From a virus, in the IMG/VR virus record IMGVR_UViG_3300001847_000838, positions 26,296 through 90,295 of that record: a DNA stretch of 64,000 nucleotides. One strand, 5' to 3'. This document shows, in pieces, positions 54,264 through 63,430 of the stretch (its first letter is position 1; each line of letters begins with the position of its first letter). The notes below the pieces were generated by a model. It saw only the letters and a program-made list of their open reading frames with translations, had not been told where the DNA came from and ran no database searches. Both the position numbers and the translations under genes were made by a program.

Positions 54264-54334
54264 GTGATAGGATGATATATAGTGGAAGTCCCAACCTTTA
54301 ACAGGAAGAGAATTTTCTTTAGTAGGTAATCTAA

Positions 54335-56695
54335 ATGGCTGATTTAAAAAAGACAATGACGTTTGCAACACGAGTCGATACCACAGAGTTTGATCGAACT
54401 GTAGACCTACTTCAAAGAAAAATAAAAGACATTTATCGGGGAGCTGATACTGCACGCTTACAATTTGAAAACAGGGTACGGATGAGTCAGATTGGTATGG
54501 GACCGCAGGTTACTCCACAAGAAAGAAGAATAACTGAGATAGCCGATGTTCGTGCTCGAAACGAGTACAGACTTTTTATCAAGGAACAGGCTCGAGACAA
54601 CACAGAGATTAACAAGCAAATTGTTGAAAAAATAAAATTGTTAGAAACTGCAAAAAAATTAAACCAAGATACTTCTAAAATTGAACAACAAATTGCACAA
54701 CTTGCAGGCCAGCGTGCAGGTAAAGAAGAAGCTATAAAACGCACTTTAGAACAAGCAGAAATAATAAGACAACGACAAATAGATCCCTCTAGAATAATGA
54801 ACAGACTTTGGGAAGGTGATAAGAGGGGCGCAAAAAGAGCAGCTAAAATAGCTTTTGGAAGAATGACCGGCGCAGAAATAAGCACGATGTTTGGTGGTGC
54901 TATTGTAGGTGCAGGAGAGATGGCCGCCATAGCCGGTCAAACACCGGCTCAAGTATTAGAAAACCGCGCCTTAGCTGCCCAATTCAATAACGAACAGCTC
55001 CGGAGAGCATTTGCTGGCCAAAGATATGAAGACATATATTACAAAAAAGAAATGGGCCAAGCTGGAACGGTGGCCGGAGCAAAGGTTGGAGGTATGGCTA
55101 TTAGAGATATAGCTATAGCTTTAGCTGGTCTTGTGGCTATGGGGGCCGCTACAGTTGGTACAGCAGGAGGAGCATTAGCATTTTTAGGTGGCTTAGGCGC
55201 TGCAGGTTTTGGAGCTTACAAGCTTGGTATGGGCACTTTAGGCGGAGGATATTCGGCAGAATATCAGCAATCTCGACGTAAAGCATATGAAGAACTTAAA
55301 GAGCTTGATTTTTTTAAAAAATATGCAATGGAAGACTTGCAAAAAAACATGTATTCAAACTTACAAACTCAAAGAGCATTGGGGTTAGGTGACGAACAGC
55401 TTCGTCAAGCATATGTTGCTGGCAGTCAAGCTGGTTTTGTAAAAGAAAACATTAGAGGGGCCATGATGGAAATCTTAGGCGCAGGCGGCTCTACCAGAGG
55501 TGTAAGGGAGCTTGCGTCCACCGCGCTTGGTTTTCAGAGAGACTACGGCATCACAAACGCTTCCCAACTTCTTGGCAGGCTAAGCGGTACAGTCGGCGGC
55601 GCTGCTGAGTCCGAGCAGTCGATGATCAAGATCCTTTCTGAGGGAACCAGGATTGGCCTAGGAAAATCCGAGCTTAGGCAAGAACTTCGCACGTTCAGCG
55701 AGAACGTAGCTGATCTAGCGTACAGGGTCGGGGCCACGGGTCCTGAGCGGGTTGGAGCGCTCAGCGCCATGTCGGGCGCTTTCGTGGCTGATACTACCCC
55801 TCGCGGGCTCGAGGCTGCTAAAAACGCACAGGAAGCCCTGAGGCAAAGGGAGATCTCCCAGTCTGGCCTAAAGGCTGCAGTCGAGGCTGGCGAGATGATG
55901 AGTGATCCTGGATTGAGCAAGCTGGATACCTCACAGATGCTTAGGTTGCAGGGTATGTCGGCAACTCAGATCGCCTCGCTGTCGGGTCCAGAGCTTGAGG
56001 CCATGCTCGATAAGACCGGGTTGTCTGAGGAAGAGTTCAAGAAGAGGATGGCTTCTGCCAAGGTTAGCGCTATCACTGCAGGGGCGCCAGGAGCCAAGCA
56101 GGAACTCTACGACTTCCAGAAGAAGACAAAAGGAAAATCTTACAAAGATATCATGAGCGATCCTCAGCTTCGGATTCAAGCTGGTCACCTACAAAGCATG
56201 TTTGGCGGCCAGATACTTCCTGCAGGCATGGAAACTCCAGAAGTTCAATCTTTTACACAAGGTATAGTAACAAGGGAAGCGGCAGTTGCTGATTATTATC
56301 AGACTCAAGGTGTAGAAGAGTATAGAAAACGTGTTAGAGGCAAAGGAAGAGCCCCTGAGCTTGATCAGTATGCTTCTCCGATGCCAGAGGTCTCACCGGA
56401 AACGTTGGCAGACAAGCAAGAGCGTGCTGCCGCCGCCCAGCAGCTGTCGGCCCTGGAGTTACAGAAACTCTTTGGGGAAGATTTTAAGAACAGCGTGGAT
56501 GACGCTAGGATAGCTGCCGTTAAGTTTGCCACCGCTTTGACGGAAGCTGCTGATATGATAAGAAAAGGCGATCCGGAAGGTCAAAAAAGGATGAACTGGA
56601 TGATGGAAAATCCCCAAGCTGACCCGGAAGCTTATAGGCGCCAACAACAACCCCAAGCAACCACACCTCAAGAATACTATTCTACAGATAGATAG
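54335..56695 (+). CDS. putative tape measure protein
   Basis: helical Ala/Gly/Gln-rich with a hydrophobic Gly-rich central segment; precedes hub and spike genes. Confidence 0.7.
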   Translation: MADLKKTMTFATRVDTTEFDRTVDLLQRKIKDIYRGADTARLQFENRVRMSQIGMGPQVTPQERRITEIADVRARNEYRLFIKEQARDNTEINKQIVEKIKLLETAKKLNQDTSKIEQQIAQLAGQRAGKEEAIKRTLEQAEIIRQRQIDPSRIMNRLWEGDKRGAKRAAKIAFGRMTGAEISTMFGGAIVGAGEMAAIAGQTPAQVLENRALAAQFNNEQLRRAFAGQRYEDIYYKKEMGQAGTVAGAKVGGMAIRDIAIALAGLVAMGAATVGTAGGALAFLGGLGAAGFGAYKLGMGTLGGGYSAEYQQSRRKAYEELKELDFFKKYAMEDLQKNMYSNLQTQRALGLGDEQLRQAYVAGSQAGFVKENIRGAMMEILGAGGSTRGVRELASTALGFQRDYGITNASQLLGRLSGTVGGAAESEQSMIKILSEGTRIGLGKSELRQELRTFSENVADLAYRVGATGPERVGALSAMSGAFVADTTPRGLEAAKNAQEALRQREISQSGLKAAVEAGEMMSDPGLSKLDTSQMLRLQGMSATQIASLSGPELEAMLDKTGLSEEEFKKRMASAKVSAITAGAPGAKQELYDFQKKTKGKSYKDIMSDPQLRIQAGHLQSMFGGQILPAGMETPEVQSFTQGIVTREAAVADYYQTQGVEEYRKRVRGKGRAPELDQYASPMPEVSPETLADKQERAAAAQQLSALELQKLFGEDFKNSVDDARIAAVKFATALTEAADMIRKGDPEGQKRMNWMMENPQADPEAYRRQQQPQATTPQEYYSTDR

Positions 56696-56707
56696 AACTG
56701 GCGGATT

Positions 56708-58606
56708 ATGAGCAAGGCTTACGTAGTTGATGTAGGTAAAAATAGTGATGATTCACATCAGATGAATCCAGCCTATATGTTGACGTTCGTTAGATGGACT
56801 AACCGCGACACCCTCCGGATGCAGTCCTCGGGTAGCGAGGGCGACCTTGGCGTCACAAAGCCCATGGTGGTGATCAACGACTGCGTAAGCCTTACCACCA
56901 GCATGGCGAAGTCCCAGCAGACCCCATCGGTGAACATGGTGCTCAGGGCAGGAGACATCAACTACGAGACTGCCGTAGCTCCCGGCGACTTTGTGTTTGT
57001 AAACATGATCCTGGACGACGACAAGCGCAAGGATGGAAAGATCGTAGAGGGTAAGCTCCAGGACCTGTATGATAGGGCGTCCTCGGGCAAGCACATCAAT
57101 GGCAAGAACGACGGCTTCAAGGGTTTCTACAAGATCCAGTCGGTGCGCAGGACCATTAGCGTTGACCCCAACAGCGGCACCAAGATCGTCTTTTTCAGAA
57201 TTGACGGCTTCGCCTTCACCGAGTTCAACAACAACATCTACTTCAACCCGTACCTGGTGAACGACCCCAAATTTGCTGCGGATGCCATCTACTCGTCGAA
57301 TATCGGCCTGGACTACAAGCAGTTTATCGACAGCCAGAAGGAGAAATGCGGAGCCTCCGTAGAGTTCACCCTCAGGTTCTTCATCGAGAAGTTCCTTGGC
57401 AGAGGCAACGGTGAGATGACCACCACGATCAAGAACTCGATGGGCAAGAGGGAGGTCCAGACGTCGCAGAACTCCCCGTTTAAGGTACCGTCCCTGACAG
57501 GCAGCCTGCTCGGCATCAAAGCGGCTACCGCAGAGGGTCTGGCGGCGAAGGACCTCTACACCTATCTGTTCGGCATCCAGAACTACGACCGTTCCGATAG
57601 CCTGGAGTCAGGGATGAACCCTTTAGCCACGAACTCGGGTGGCAGGTTCTTCCTTACAGGTCAGGGTTGCCAGGGTAACGTGCTGCTGAAGCCCGAGTAC
57701 TGGAACCAGGTACCGGTATGGTCAATCTTGCGCCAGTACATCAACGCCCCGATCAACGAGTTGTACCCCTGCTTTAGGGTGTCGCCAGAAGGGTTTGTCG
57801 TACCTACCCTTGTTCTGAGGCAGATCCCCTTTAGCACCGAAGCCTATGGTGGAACTTGCACCAAGTTTCTCAACCTTCCCCGCTGGAAGATCGACCCCGA
57901 GCTGATCTACGACCTGGACATTGGCAGGGACGAGGCTGCGAAGATCAACTTCGTGCAGGTGTTCGGCATCCAGGGCGGCATCGAGAAGCCCGACGCCAAC
58001 GTGAGCTTCCAGATCGCCAGGGGCAACTACGTGGCCGATACCGCCGACATCACCCGTGCCGGTCTGAGGCCATACGTCCTAACCTCGAGCTTCGACTGGC
58101 CCAACGTCAAGGGCGACAGCCTCACGTTCCACGCCCCCACATGGGCAAGGCTGCTGGCAGATTCCCTGGTCGGCGGACACCTGAAAATGAACGGGACCGT
58201 GACATGCGCTGGAATCCAGGCCCCGATCGCCTGCGGGGACAACTTTGAGATTGACGGGATCGTATACCACATCGAGAGCGTCATGCACACGATGTCCATT
58301 GACAGCAGCGGCAAGAAGAAGTTCCGTACTACCTTGCAGCTGTCTAACGGCATCGATAAAAGCTACACAGCAAAGCAACCGCGATATGCTGATATGGAGT
58401 TTACGGACATAGAGCTTGAGCGTCAAAAGCAGTTCGCGAACGACCAGCTGTTCAACGGCTTCTCCGATGAGCAGATCCTGCCCGACAGGAAGAGCGGCAT
58501 CAAGCTAAAGTCCCACAACAACTCGTTCTTGCTGCCCAAGAGGAAGACCGCGCAGTCTCCCTCCAACAGCAAGGTTGACAAAAAGAGCAAGAGGTTGATC
58601 AAATGA
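56708..58606 (+). CDS. baseplate hub (gp27-like)
   Basis: TAVAPGDFVFV, GFYKIQSVRR, HLKMNGTVTCAGIQAPIACGD...YHIESVMH...TTLQLSNG. Confidence 0.7.
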   Translation: MSKAYVVDVGKNSDDSHQMNPAYMLTFVRWTNRDTLRMQSSGSEGDLGVTKPMVVINDCVSLTTSMAKSQQTPSVNMVLRAGDINYETAVAPGDFVFVNMILDDDKRKDGKIVEGKLQDLYDRASSGKHINGKNDGFKGFYKIQSVRRTISVDPNSGTKIVFFRIDGFAFTEFNNNIYFNPYLVNDPKFAADAIYSSNIGLDYKQFIDSQKEKCGASVEFTLRFFIEKFLGRGNGEMTTTIKNSMGKREVQTSQNSPFKVPSLTGSLLGIKAATAEGLAAKDLYTYLFGIQNYDRSDSLESGMNPLATNSGGRFFLTGQGCQGNVLLKPEYWNQVPVWSILRQYINAPINELYPCFRVSPEGFVVPTLVLRQIPFSTEAYGGTCTKFLNLPRWKIDPELIYDLDIGRDEAAKINFVQVFGIQGGIEKPDANVSFQIARGNYVADTADITRAGLRPYVLTSSFDWPNVKGDSLTFHAPTWARLLADSLVGGHLKMNGTVTCAGIQAPIACGDNFEIDGIVYHIESVMHTMSIDSSGKKKFRTTLQLSNGIDKSYTAKQPRYADMEFTDIELERQKQFANDQLFNGFSDEQILPDRKSGIKLKSHNNSFLLPKRKTAQSPSNSKVDKKSKRLIK

Positions 58607-59655
58607 GGCTAAAGAACGGCACGGTACTGCCCAGTGGCCTGCTCAACTATGACCCAGGACGGGCTGCGGCCACCTTTAACGAGACCTACAAGAACACGGC
58701 CCTACGCGCAGGCATCGTGGTGAAGGTTTACGAGGTGGATGACAAGCGCAACCTCTCCGGCTTGGCACCAGAGTACGACGTCGTGGCTGTAGAGTACGGC
58801 GGCGCTGGCGGCGTCACCACGCGCAGGTATAAGAACTGCCTGTCCGCTGATGGCCTAGGCTCCATCGCCGACTACTTCGAGCGCCGGTTCCGCAAGCAGG
58901 AGAAGTTCGACAAGCAGAACGGCGGGAACGACTTCAAGGGCCAGGACGGCGCAGCCGTGATCCTCCTGTGCCTCGACGGCAAGTCCGAGAAGGCCATCAT
59001 CCTGGGCGGCCTGCATCACCCCGACCGCAGTGCCAAGCTGGACAAGGACACGTCAATGGCCGGTGAGATCAACGGCGTCCAGGTGTCAGTCAAGGCCGAT
59101 GGCTCCGCCAACCTGACCTTTCGCGGTGCCACCGACAATAATGGCAAACCCAAGGACTCGAGCCAGGGCGACACCACGATCGACATAGAAAAGGATGGGT
59201 CCTTTCAAGTAAAGAATAAGGGCGTTACTCAGCGAGCCCAGAAGGACGGCGAATACAGCGTCTCGAGCGAAGGCGGTCAAGCCTACTCAGCTAAGAAATC
59301 GATAAGCATGACAACCGACGACAAGGTATCAATAAACGCAAAAGGGGATGCAAATCTATCTATGCAGAACCTATTGATATCTGCTCAGGGGTCGGCTACA
59401 ATGTCAGCACAGTCTTTGTCTATACAGACAAGCGGTGAAGGTAATTGTAAAGGTCAAATGTTATCTTTTGAGGCTTCAGCTATGCTTAAACTTAAGAGTT
59501 CTCAAGTTGTGATTGACGGTTTTGTATCATTAGGTGGTTTTGGTGGAATGCCCGCCGTTGTTTTGCAAACTATGTACCTTGGTATAGGAAACCTTGGTTC
59601 TCCAGTTTTATCTATGGCCATTGGGCCTTTTTCATCAAAGGTAACTATAACATGA
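58603..59655 (+). CDS. baseplate central spike (gpV/gp5-like)
   Basis: N-terminal OB-like domain (GIVVKVY...VILLCLDG...IILGGLHHP) followed by beta-helix repeats. Confidence 0.75.
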   Translation: MRLKNGTVLPSGLLNYDPGRAAATFNETYKNTALRAGIVVKVYEVDDKRNLSGLAPEYDVVAVEYGGAGGVTTRRYKNCLSADGLGSIADYFERRFRKQEKFDKQNGGNDFKGQDGAAVILLCLDGKSEKAIILGGLHHPDRSAKLDKDTSMAGEINGVQVSVKADGSANLTFRGATDNNGKPKDSSQGDTTIDIEKDGSFQVKNKGVTQRAQKDGEYSVSSEGGQAYSAKKSISMTTDDKVSINAKGDANLSMQNLLISAQGSATMSAQSLSIQTSGEGNCKGQMLSFEASAMLKLKSSQVVIDGFVSLGGFGGMPAVVLQTMYLGIGNLGSPVLSMAIGPFSSKVTIT

Positions 59656-60152
59656 TTTTATTTATCTTAATAGCGGTTGCAAACATAGCATTATCAAGTA
59701 TGCTGTTTCCTGGAACGTGCCGCTTTACACTAAAACCGTATTTAAAGTTTTTAGGGTTAATGGCAATCGTTACTGCCATTAGGTTTGTTGTTTATAAGAT
59801 AGCAGTTCCAATGCCTACAAATTCTGACTCAATAATTACAATGCGCAGTATACACCCTCTTCAATTTTTGATGGTATTTTGGGAAGATGCTTTTTTTACA
59901 CTTCCTACCATTATTATGGAAAAAATGGGTGCATCTAAGCTTTTTAGAAATTGCATGCTAATACTTTCGTCGCTAGCTTTTGCTTCTGGACATATTGCAT
60001 ATGGACTTCCTTGGGCTTTTATTACATTGTTTTATGTGCCAATGATTTCTTATAAATATGGAAAAAAGCATGGTTTAAGTACTGTTATGGCCTGCCATAT
60101 TACTTATGACATGGTCACTTGGCTAACTATGATTCAGCTTATTAAAGGATAA
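59652..60152 (+). CDS. CPBP (CAAX protease/Abi) family intramembrane metalloprotease-like protein
   Basis: multi-TM; WEDAFF, FASGH, HITYD. Confidence 0.7.
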   Translation: MILFILIAVANIALSSMLFPGTCRFTLKPYLKFLGLMAIVTAIRFVVYKIAVPMPTNSDSIITMRSIHPLQFLMVFWEDAFFTLPTIIMEKMGASKLFRNCMLILSSLAFASGHIAYGLPWAFITLFYVPMISYKYGKKHGLSTVMACHITYDMVTWLTMIQLIKG

Positions 60153-60153
60153 T

Positions 60154-61533
60154 ATGCTTAATCAGTCTGATAGGATTATGTTTTCTAAAAAGTTAGTAGA
60201 AGCTCCTTTTTTAATCGCTAGAATGCAATCGTGTAAAATTGCTATAGAAGCTGAAAAAGCAAAAGCTCAAAAACTAGATGACGCTCACAAAAATCTTGTA
60301 GATTCTAAAACTAATTTAATTAATTATTATCAAGCTGAAATAGCCAACCTTACGGGCTATCCTAGAGAAATTTTAGTAGAACAAGATTTTCAAGATGCAG
60401 CAAGCTTTGTTCTTGGAAATAGTTTATATCCTAATAATCCCAACAATCCTCCCCCTAGCACTGCTCCTAATATTTGGACAAAAACAAAGCCTTATGCTAA
60501 AAATAAAGCGGTTGGAAAGTTTTTTAATGAGCAATATGGTACACAAATAGATGGAGATGATCCCCTTTTGGCGTCTATATTGGCAGATATTGCATCTTAT
60601 CAAAGCGCATTTACTGATATTGAACTAACTACGGGGCAAAGTTGCAATGCTGGAGGTACATGTTCGTTTCCTGCATATACTACTCAGCCAGACTGCACAA
60701 GCCATGGAGGAACATGGACTTCAGGTCCAGATATTATAGCGAACAACCCCACGATACAGTCCAATATGTCAAGTTTAATCAGCAAAGTTAACAGATTAAA
60801 GGTGGTTCTTACTGTAGAATTGGGAAATATTTATACAGCAGATCCAGATCCAGCTAGAGCTGCTACTGCTGCGGCTGCAGTAAACGATATTAACAATAAT
60901 ATTATGCCTGCAATAAATACATGGCTTGGATATACAAGCTTTAATACTGCTCATGGCCAAACTACTTGCGTGGGATTCTATTCATATGATTCAAACCTTT
61001 TAGCTCCAACTAAAATGCATAATACCCAATTAAACGCTTTAAAATTAGCATTTCAAGCTAGACAGGCATTTGTTTCTACTCGAGAAAGTCAAATTAATGG
61101 CTATATTGGATCGATAACACAAAACTTAAACGACGGATCGGCTATAGGAAATGGTTTTTATTTTGAAAGATGGGGATTTATAGGTCTTCGTCTTAACATG
61201 CTTGGCGGATCTCTTATACAAGCAAAAGGCTATGATAGATCGTCTGCATCTCAAGACGAGCAAATAGCTAACTTACAAGCTTCGATCGCAATTTACAGTT
61301 CAATACTAACGTGCTCAATACTTGCTGCTCCTAGCAGTGGTACTAAATACATACAATTAGCAAGCGTTATTGGGTTGTCGGAAGGCGATAATTTATATAT
61401 AGTATCGGATACACAAGAAGAGCTTCCAATTAAAATTGTGTCTATTCAAGGAAACAGAATAACAGTAGGTCAAAATATACCCGCTAAGTATAGACCTGAA
61501 GATTTTGCTAGAATTTACAAAGATATATCTTAA
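60154..61533 (+). CDS. probable virion protein (459 aa)
   Basis: end of the tail operon; helical with a CSFPAYTTQPDCTSHGGTW motif and a C-terminal beta domain. Confidence 0.55.
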   Translation: MLNQSDRIMFSKKLVEAPFLIARMQSCKIAIEAEKAKAQKLDDAHKNLVDSKTNLINYYQAEIANLTGYPREILVEQDFQDAASFVLGNSLYPNNPNNPPPSTAPNIWTKTKPYAKNKAVGKFFNEQYGTQIDGDDPLLASILADIASYQSAFTDIELTTGQSCNAGGTCSFPAYTTQPDCTSHGGTWTSGPDIIANNPTIQSNMSSLISKVNRLKVVLTVELGNIYTADPDPARAATAAAAVNDINNNIMPAINTWLGYTSFNTAHGQTTCVGFYSYDSNLLAPTKMHNTQLNALKLAFQARQAFVSTRESQINGYIGSITQNLNDGSAIGNGFYFERWGFIGLRLNMLGGSLIQAKGYDRSSASQDEQIANLQASIAIYSSILTCSILAAPSSGTKYIQLASVIGLSEGDNLYIVSDTQEELPIKIVSIQGNRITVGQNIPAKYRPEDFARIYKDIS

Positions 61534-61542
61534 AATATTACT

Positions 61543-61896
61543 TTATAGTTTCTTATTGTTTTTAACTTTATCTTTTTTAATTTCAAGCAAATCAAACTTA
61601 ATAGCTTTGTATGATTCATGAAGATATGAAGCTATTCTGATATGAAATTTTTTACTAAAGTTTAATTTTGAATAAGGGCGATAAAAACCGTGTTTTACTT
61701 GCCACATACCTATAAGAATTCCTTGAACAGTTTGACTATTAAGATCTTTATTTGATTTTGCTAATTTTGAGTATCGATTCCAAAACTTTTTAGATGTTAA
61801 ATACTCAATCTCTTCCTTATGAGCAAAATAAATACCAGTATAGCGATATATTGCTGCTTTAATCTTTAAAATTGTATCGTTTAATCTTCTGAACAT
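61543..61896 (-). CDS. hypothetical basic protein
   Basis: ORF track. Confidence 0.55.
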   Translation of the reverse strand: MFRRLNDTILKIKAAIYRYTGIYFAHKEEIEYLTSKKFWNRYSKLAKSNKDLNSQTVQGILIGMWQVKHGFYRPYSKLNFSKKFHIRIASYLHESYKAIKFDLLEIKKDKVKNNKKL

Positions 61897-62153
61897 ATAT
61901 ACTTCTCCGTATAACCATATGACATTTTAGGGTATTCTTCCCAATTTAAAATATCTTTATCTTTTATTTCAATTTGCTCTCGAAAATTTAATTTTATTGG
62001 GTTACCATCAGGACGAGCAATCCTATACCAATCTACAAGTATTCTTGTATTATTTTCATTTCTAAAATGTTTATCTTTATCGCTTTCTATTATTAAAGGC
62101 ATAATAACTGTATCGATACAGTTTTTGTGCTTATAAAATTTTCCAGTGTTCAT
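61881..62153 (-). CDS. hypothetical protein
   Basis: ATGA-coupled ORF. Confidence 0.55.
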   Translation of the reverse strand: MNTGKFYKHKNCIDTVIMPLIIESDKDKHFRNENNTRILVDWYRIARPDGNPIKLNFREQIEIKDKDILNWEEYPKMSYGYTEKYICSED

Positions 62154-62737
62154 TTTATCTCCAACTCTATAACTTGACCGTTTGCAGGGTGCTGTACGCT
62201 ATTGGGGTGTATTTTTTTTACAACAGATATAACTTCTTTAATAAACTGTCCATGAGAAACGGCAACCACTAACATTCCAAACTCTCCACTTTTTAAAATA
62301 TTAACAAACTTTTTAGCTCTATTCCTCATCTCTCTTAGGGTTTCTCCCCCTTGAAATTTAACATCATAATACTTAGTTGTATCCCATCCAGAATTTCTAT
62401 ATTCTATAAACTTTTTCCAGTTTCCAGAATGACCGTTTAAATTCATTTCGTGTTCATGTATTAACGACAAATCATCGCGTTTGTGCCCACTAACTACTGA
62501 TGATATAACTTTATAGGTTTGCTGTGCTCTTTTCCATGGACTTATTAAAAAAAGTGGAGGATAGTCTATTTTTAAAGAATAGTCTTCCATGTATTTTTTT
62601 AAATACAAACCGGCACTTAAGGCGTCATAATAACCTTTACCAGTAAGCTGTATATCTGAGTCAGGTTTGCTACGCATGATCTCATGGTTAACGTTTGCTT
62701 CAGATTCTCCATGCCGCACAAGGTAAAGCTTTACCAT
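62150..62737 (-). CDS. histidine phosphatase (phosphoglycerate mutase superfamily)
   Basis: LYLVRHGESEAN, LTGKG, SPWKRAQQT, GGETL, VSHG. Confidence 0.9.
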   Translation of the reverse strand: MVKLYLVRHGESEANVNHEIMRSKPDSDIQLTGKGYYDALSAGLYLKKYMEDYSLKIDYPPLFLISPWKRAQQTYKVISSVVSGHKRDDLSLIHEHEMNLNGHSGNWKKFIEYRNSGWDTTKYYDVKFQGGETLREMRNRAKKFVNILKSGEFGMLVVAVSHGQFIKEVISVVKKIHPNSVQHPANGQVIELEIK

Positions 62738-62749
62738 GTATGCCCTTTC

Positions 62750-63028
62750 TTAGTTAACTTTAACTGCAGCATCGTATTCACTTCTAGTTACTAATGCGCC
62801 TTTGCCAGAAAACATAACCATAACTATTTTCCAATTATGTCTTCCATGAAATTTATCTCTACTTATTAACCTTATAGCCGCATCTTTAATTTGAAACATA
62901 TTTCCACGTTCTATTTCAAAAACAGGTTCAAGACCAGATTTATGAGAAATAGTTTCTATGCTTTCCCAAGTACCTAAATCATCAAAATGGTAGATTTCGT
63001 ACTTTTTTACCTTAACCTTCTTCTTCAT
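62750..63028 (-). CDS. hypothetical protein
   Basis: probable ATG at 63028 (MKKKVKV...). Confidence 0.5.
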   Translation of the reverse strand: MKKKVKVKKYEIYHFDDLGTWESIETISHKSGLEPVFEIERGNMFQIKDAAIRLISRDKFHGRHNWKIVMVMFSGKGALVTRSEYDAAVKVN

Positions 63029-63263
63029 GTAGACCTTTTTTAAGCAAATTGATCCAATATCGCTTAGAGCCAGCAAAACCACAAGACCAAAAGCGTCCTT
63101 GAGTATCAAATATTTGCAAAAAAGTGCCAATCGGCAAAGTAAAATCCGCATGCTCCCAAGCATCCGATGCACTTATAAACTCAGTTTTAAGATCATAATC
63201 TAATCTATCATAATAATCCAATTCTTTGGCGGCTTGAGAACGTATGTGAAACCTTAAAGGCAT
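63012..63263 (-). CDS. hypothetical protein
   Basis: GAGG SD. Confidence 0.5.
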   Translation of the reverse strand: MPLRFHIRSQAAKELDYYDRLDYDLKTEFISASDAWEHADFTLPIGTFLQIFDTQGRFWSCGFAGSKRYWINLLKKGLHEEEG

Positions 63264-63427
63264 GATTCCTCACTTAACAGTTGCGGGTTGCAGTTAGCAC
63301 AATAGCACGTTTCAATAGGTTCATCACTAGCATACAAAACTCTGGCCTTGCAGTCAGGACAAAAGGTCTCATATTCATACATTAAAGGTTCGTTGCAAAT
63401 TTTACGTAAAATATTAGAATTATTCAT
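63254..63427 (-). CDS. small zinc-ribbon protein (57 aa)
   Basis: hand-translated; CPDC...CYCANC. Confidence 0.5.
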   Translation of the reverse strand: MNNSNILRKICNEPLMYEYETFCPDCKARVLYASDEPIETCYCANCNPQLLSEESCL

Positions 63428-63430
63428 CTT

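Noticed and set aside
16400-56708. Many consecutive genes are in frame across short gaps (e.g. TAG 20038/ATG 20028, TAG 56695/ATG 56708, TAG 10426/ATG 10430), suggesting read-through or stop recoding
   Set aside because: Most such stops are TAA, several downstream genes have their own SD, and ORFs of 1184-2186 aa are uninterrupted in the standard code, so there is no sign of recoding.
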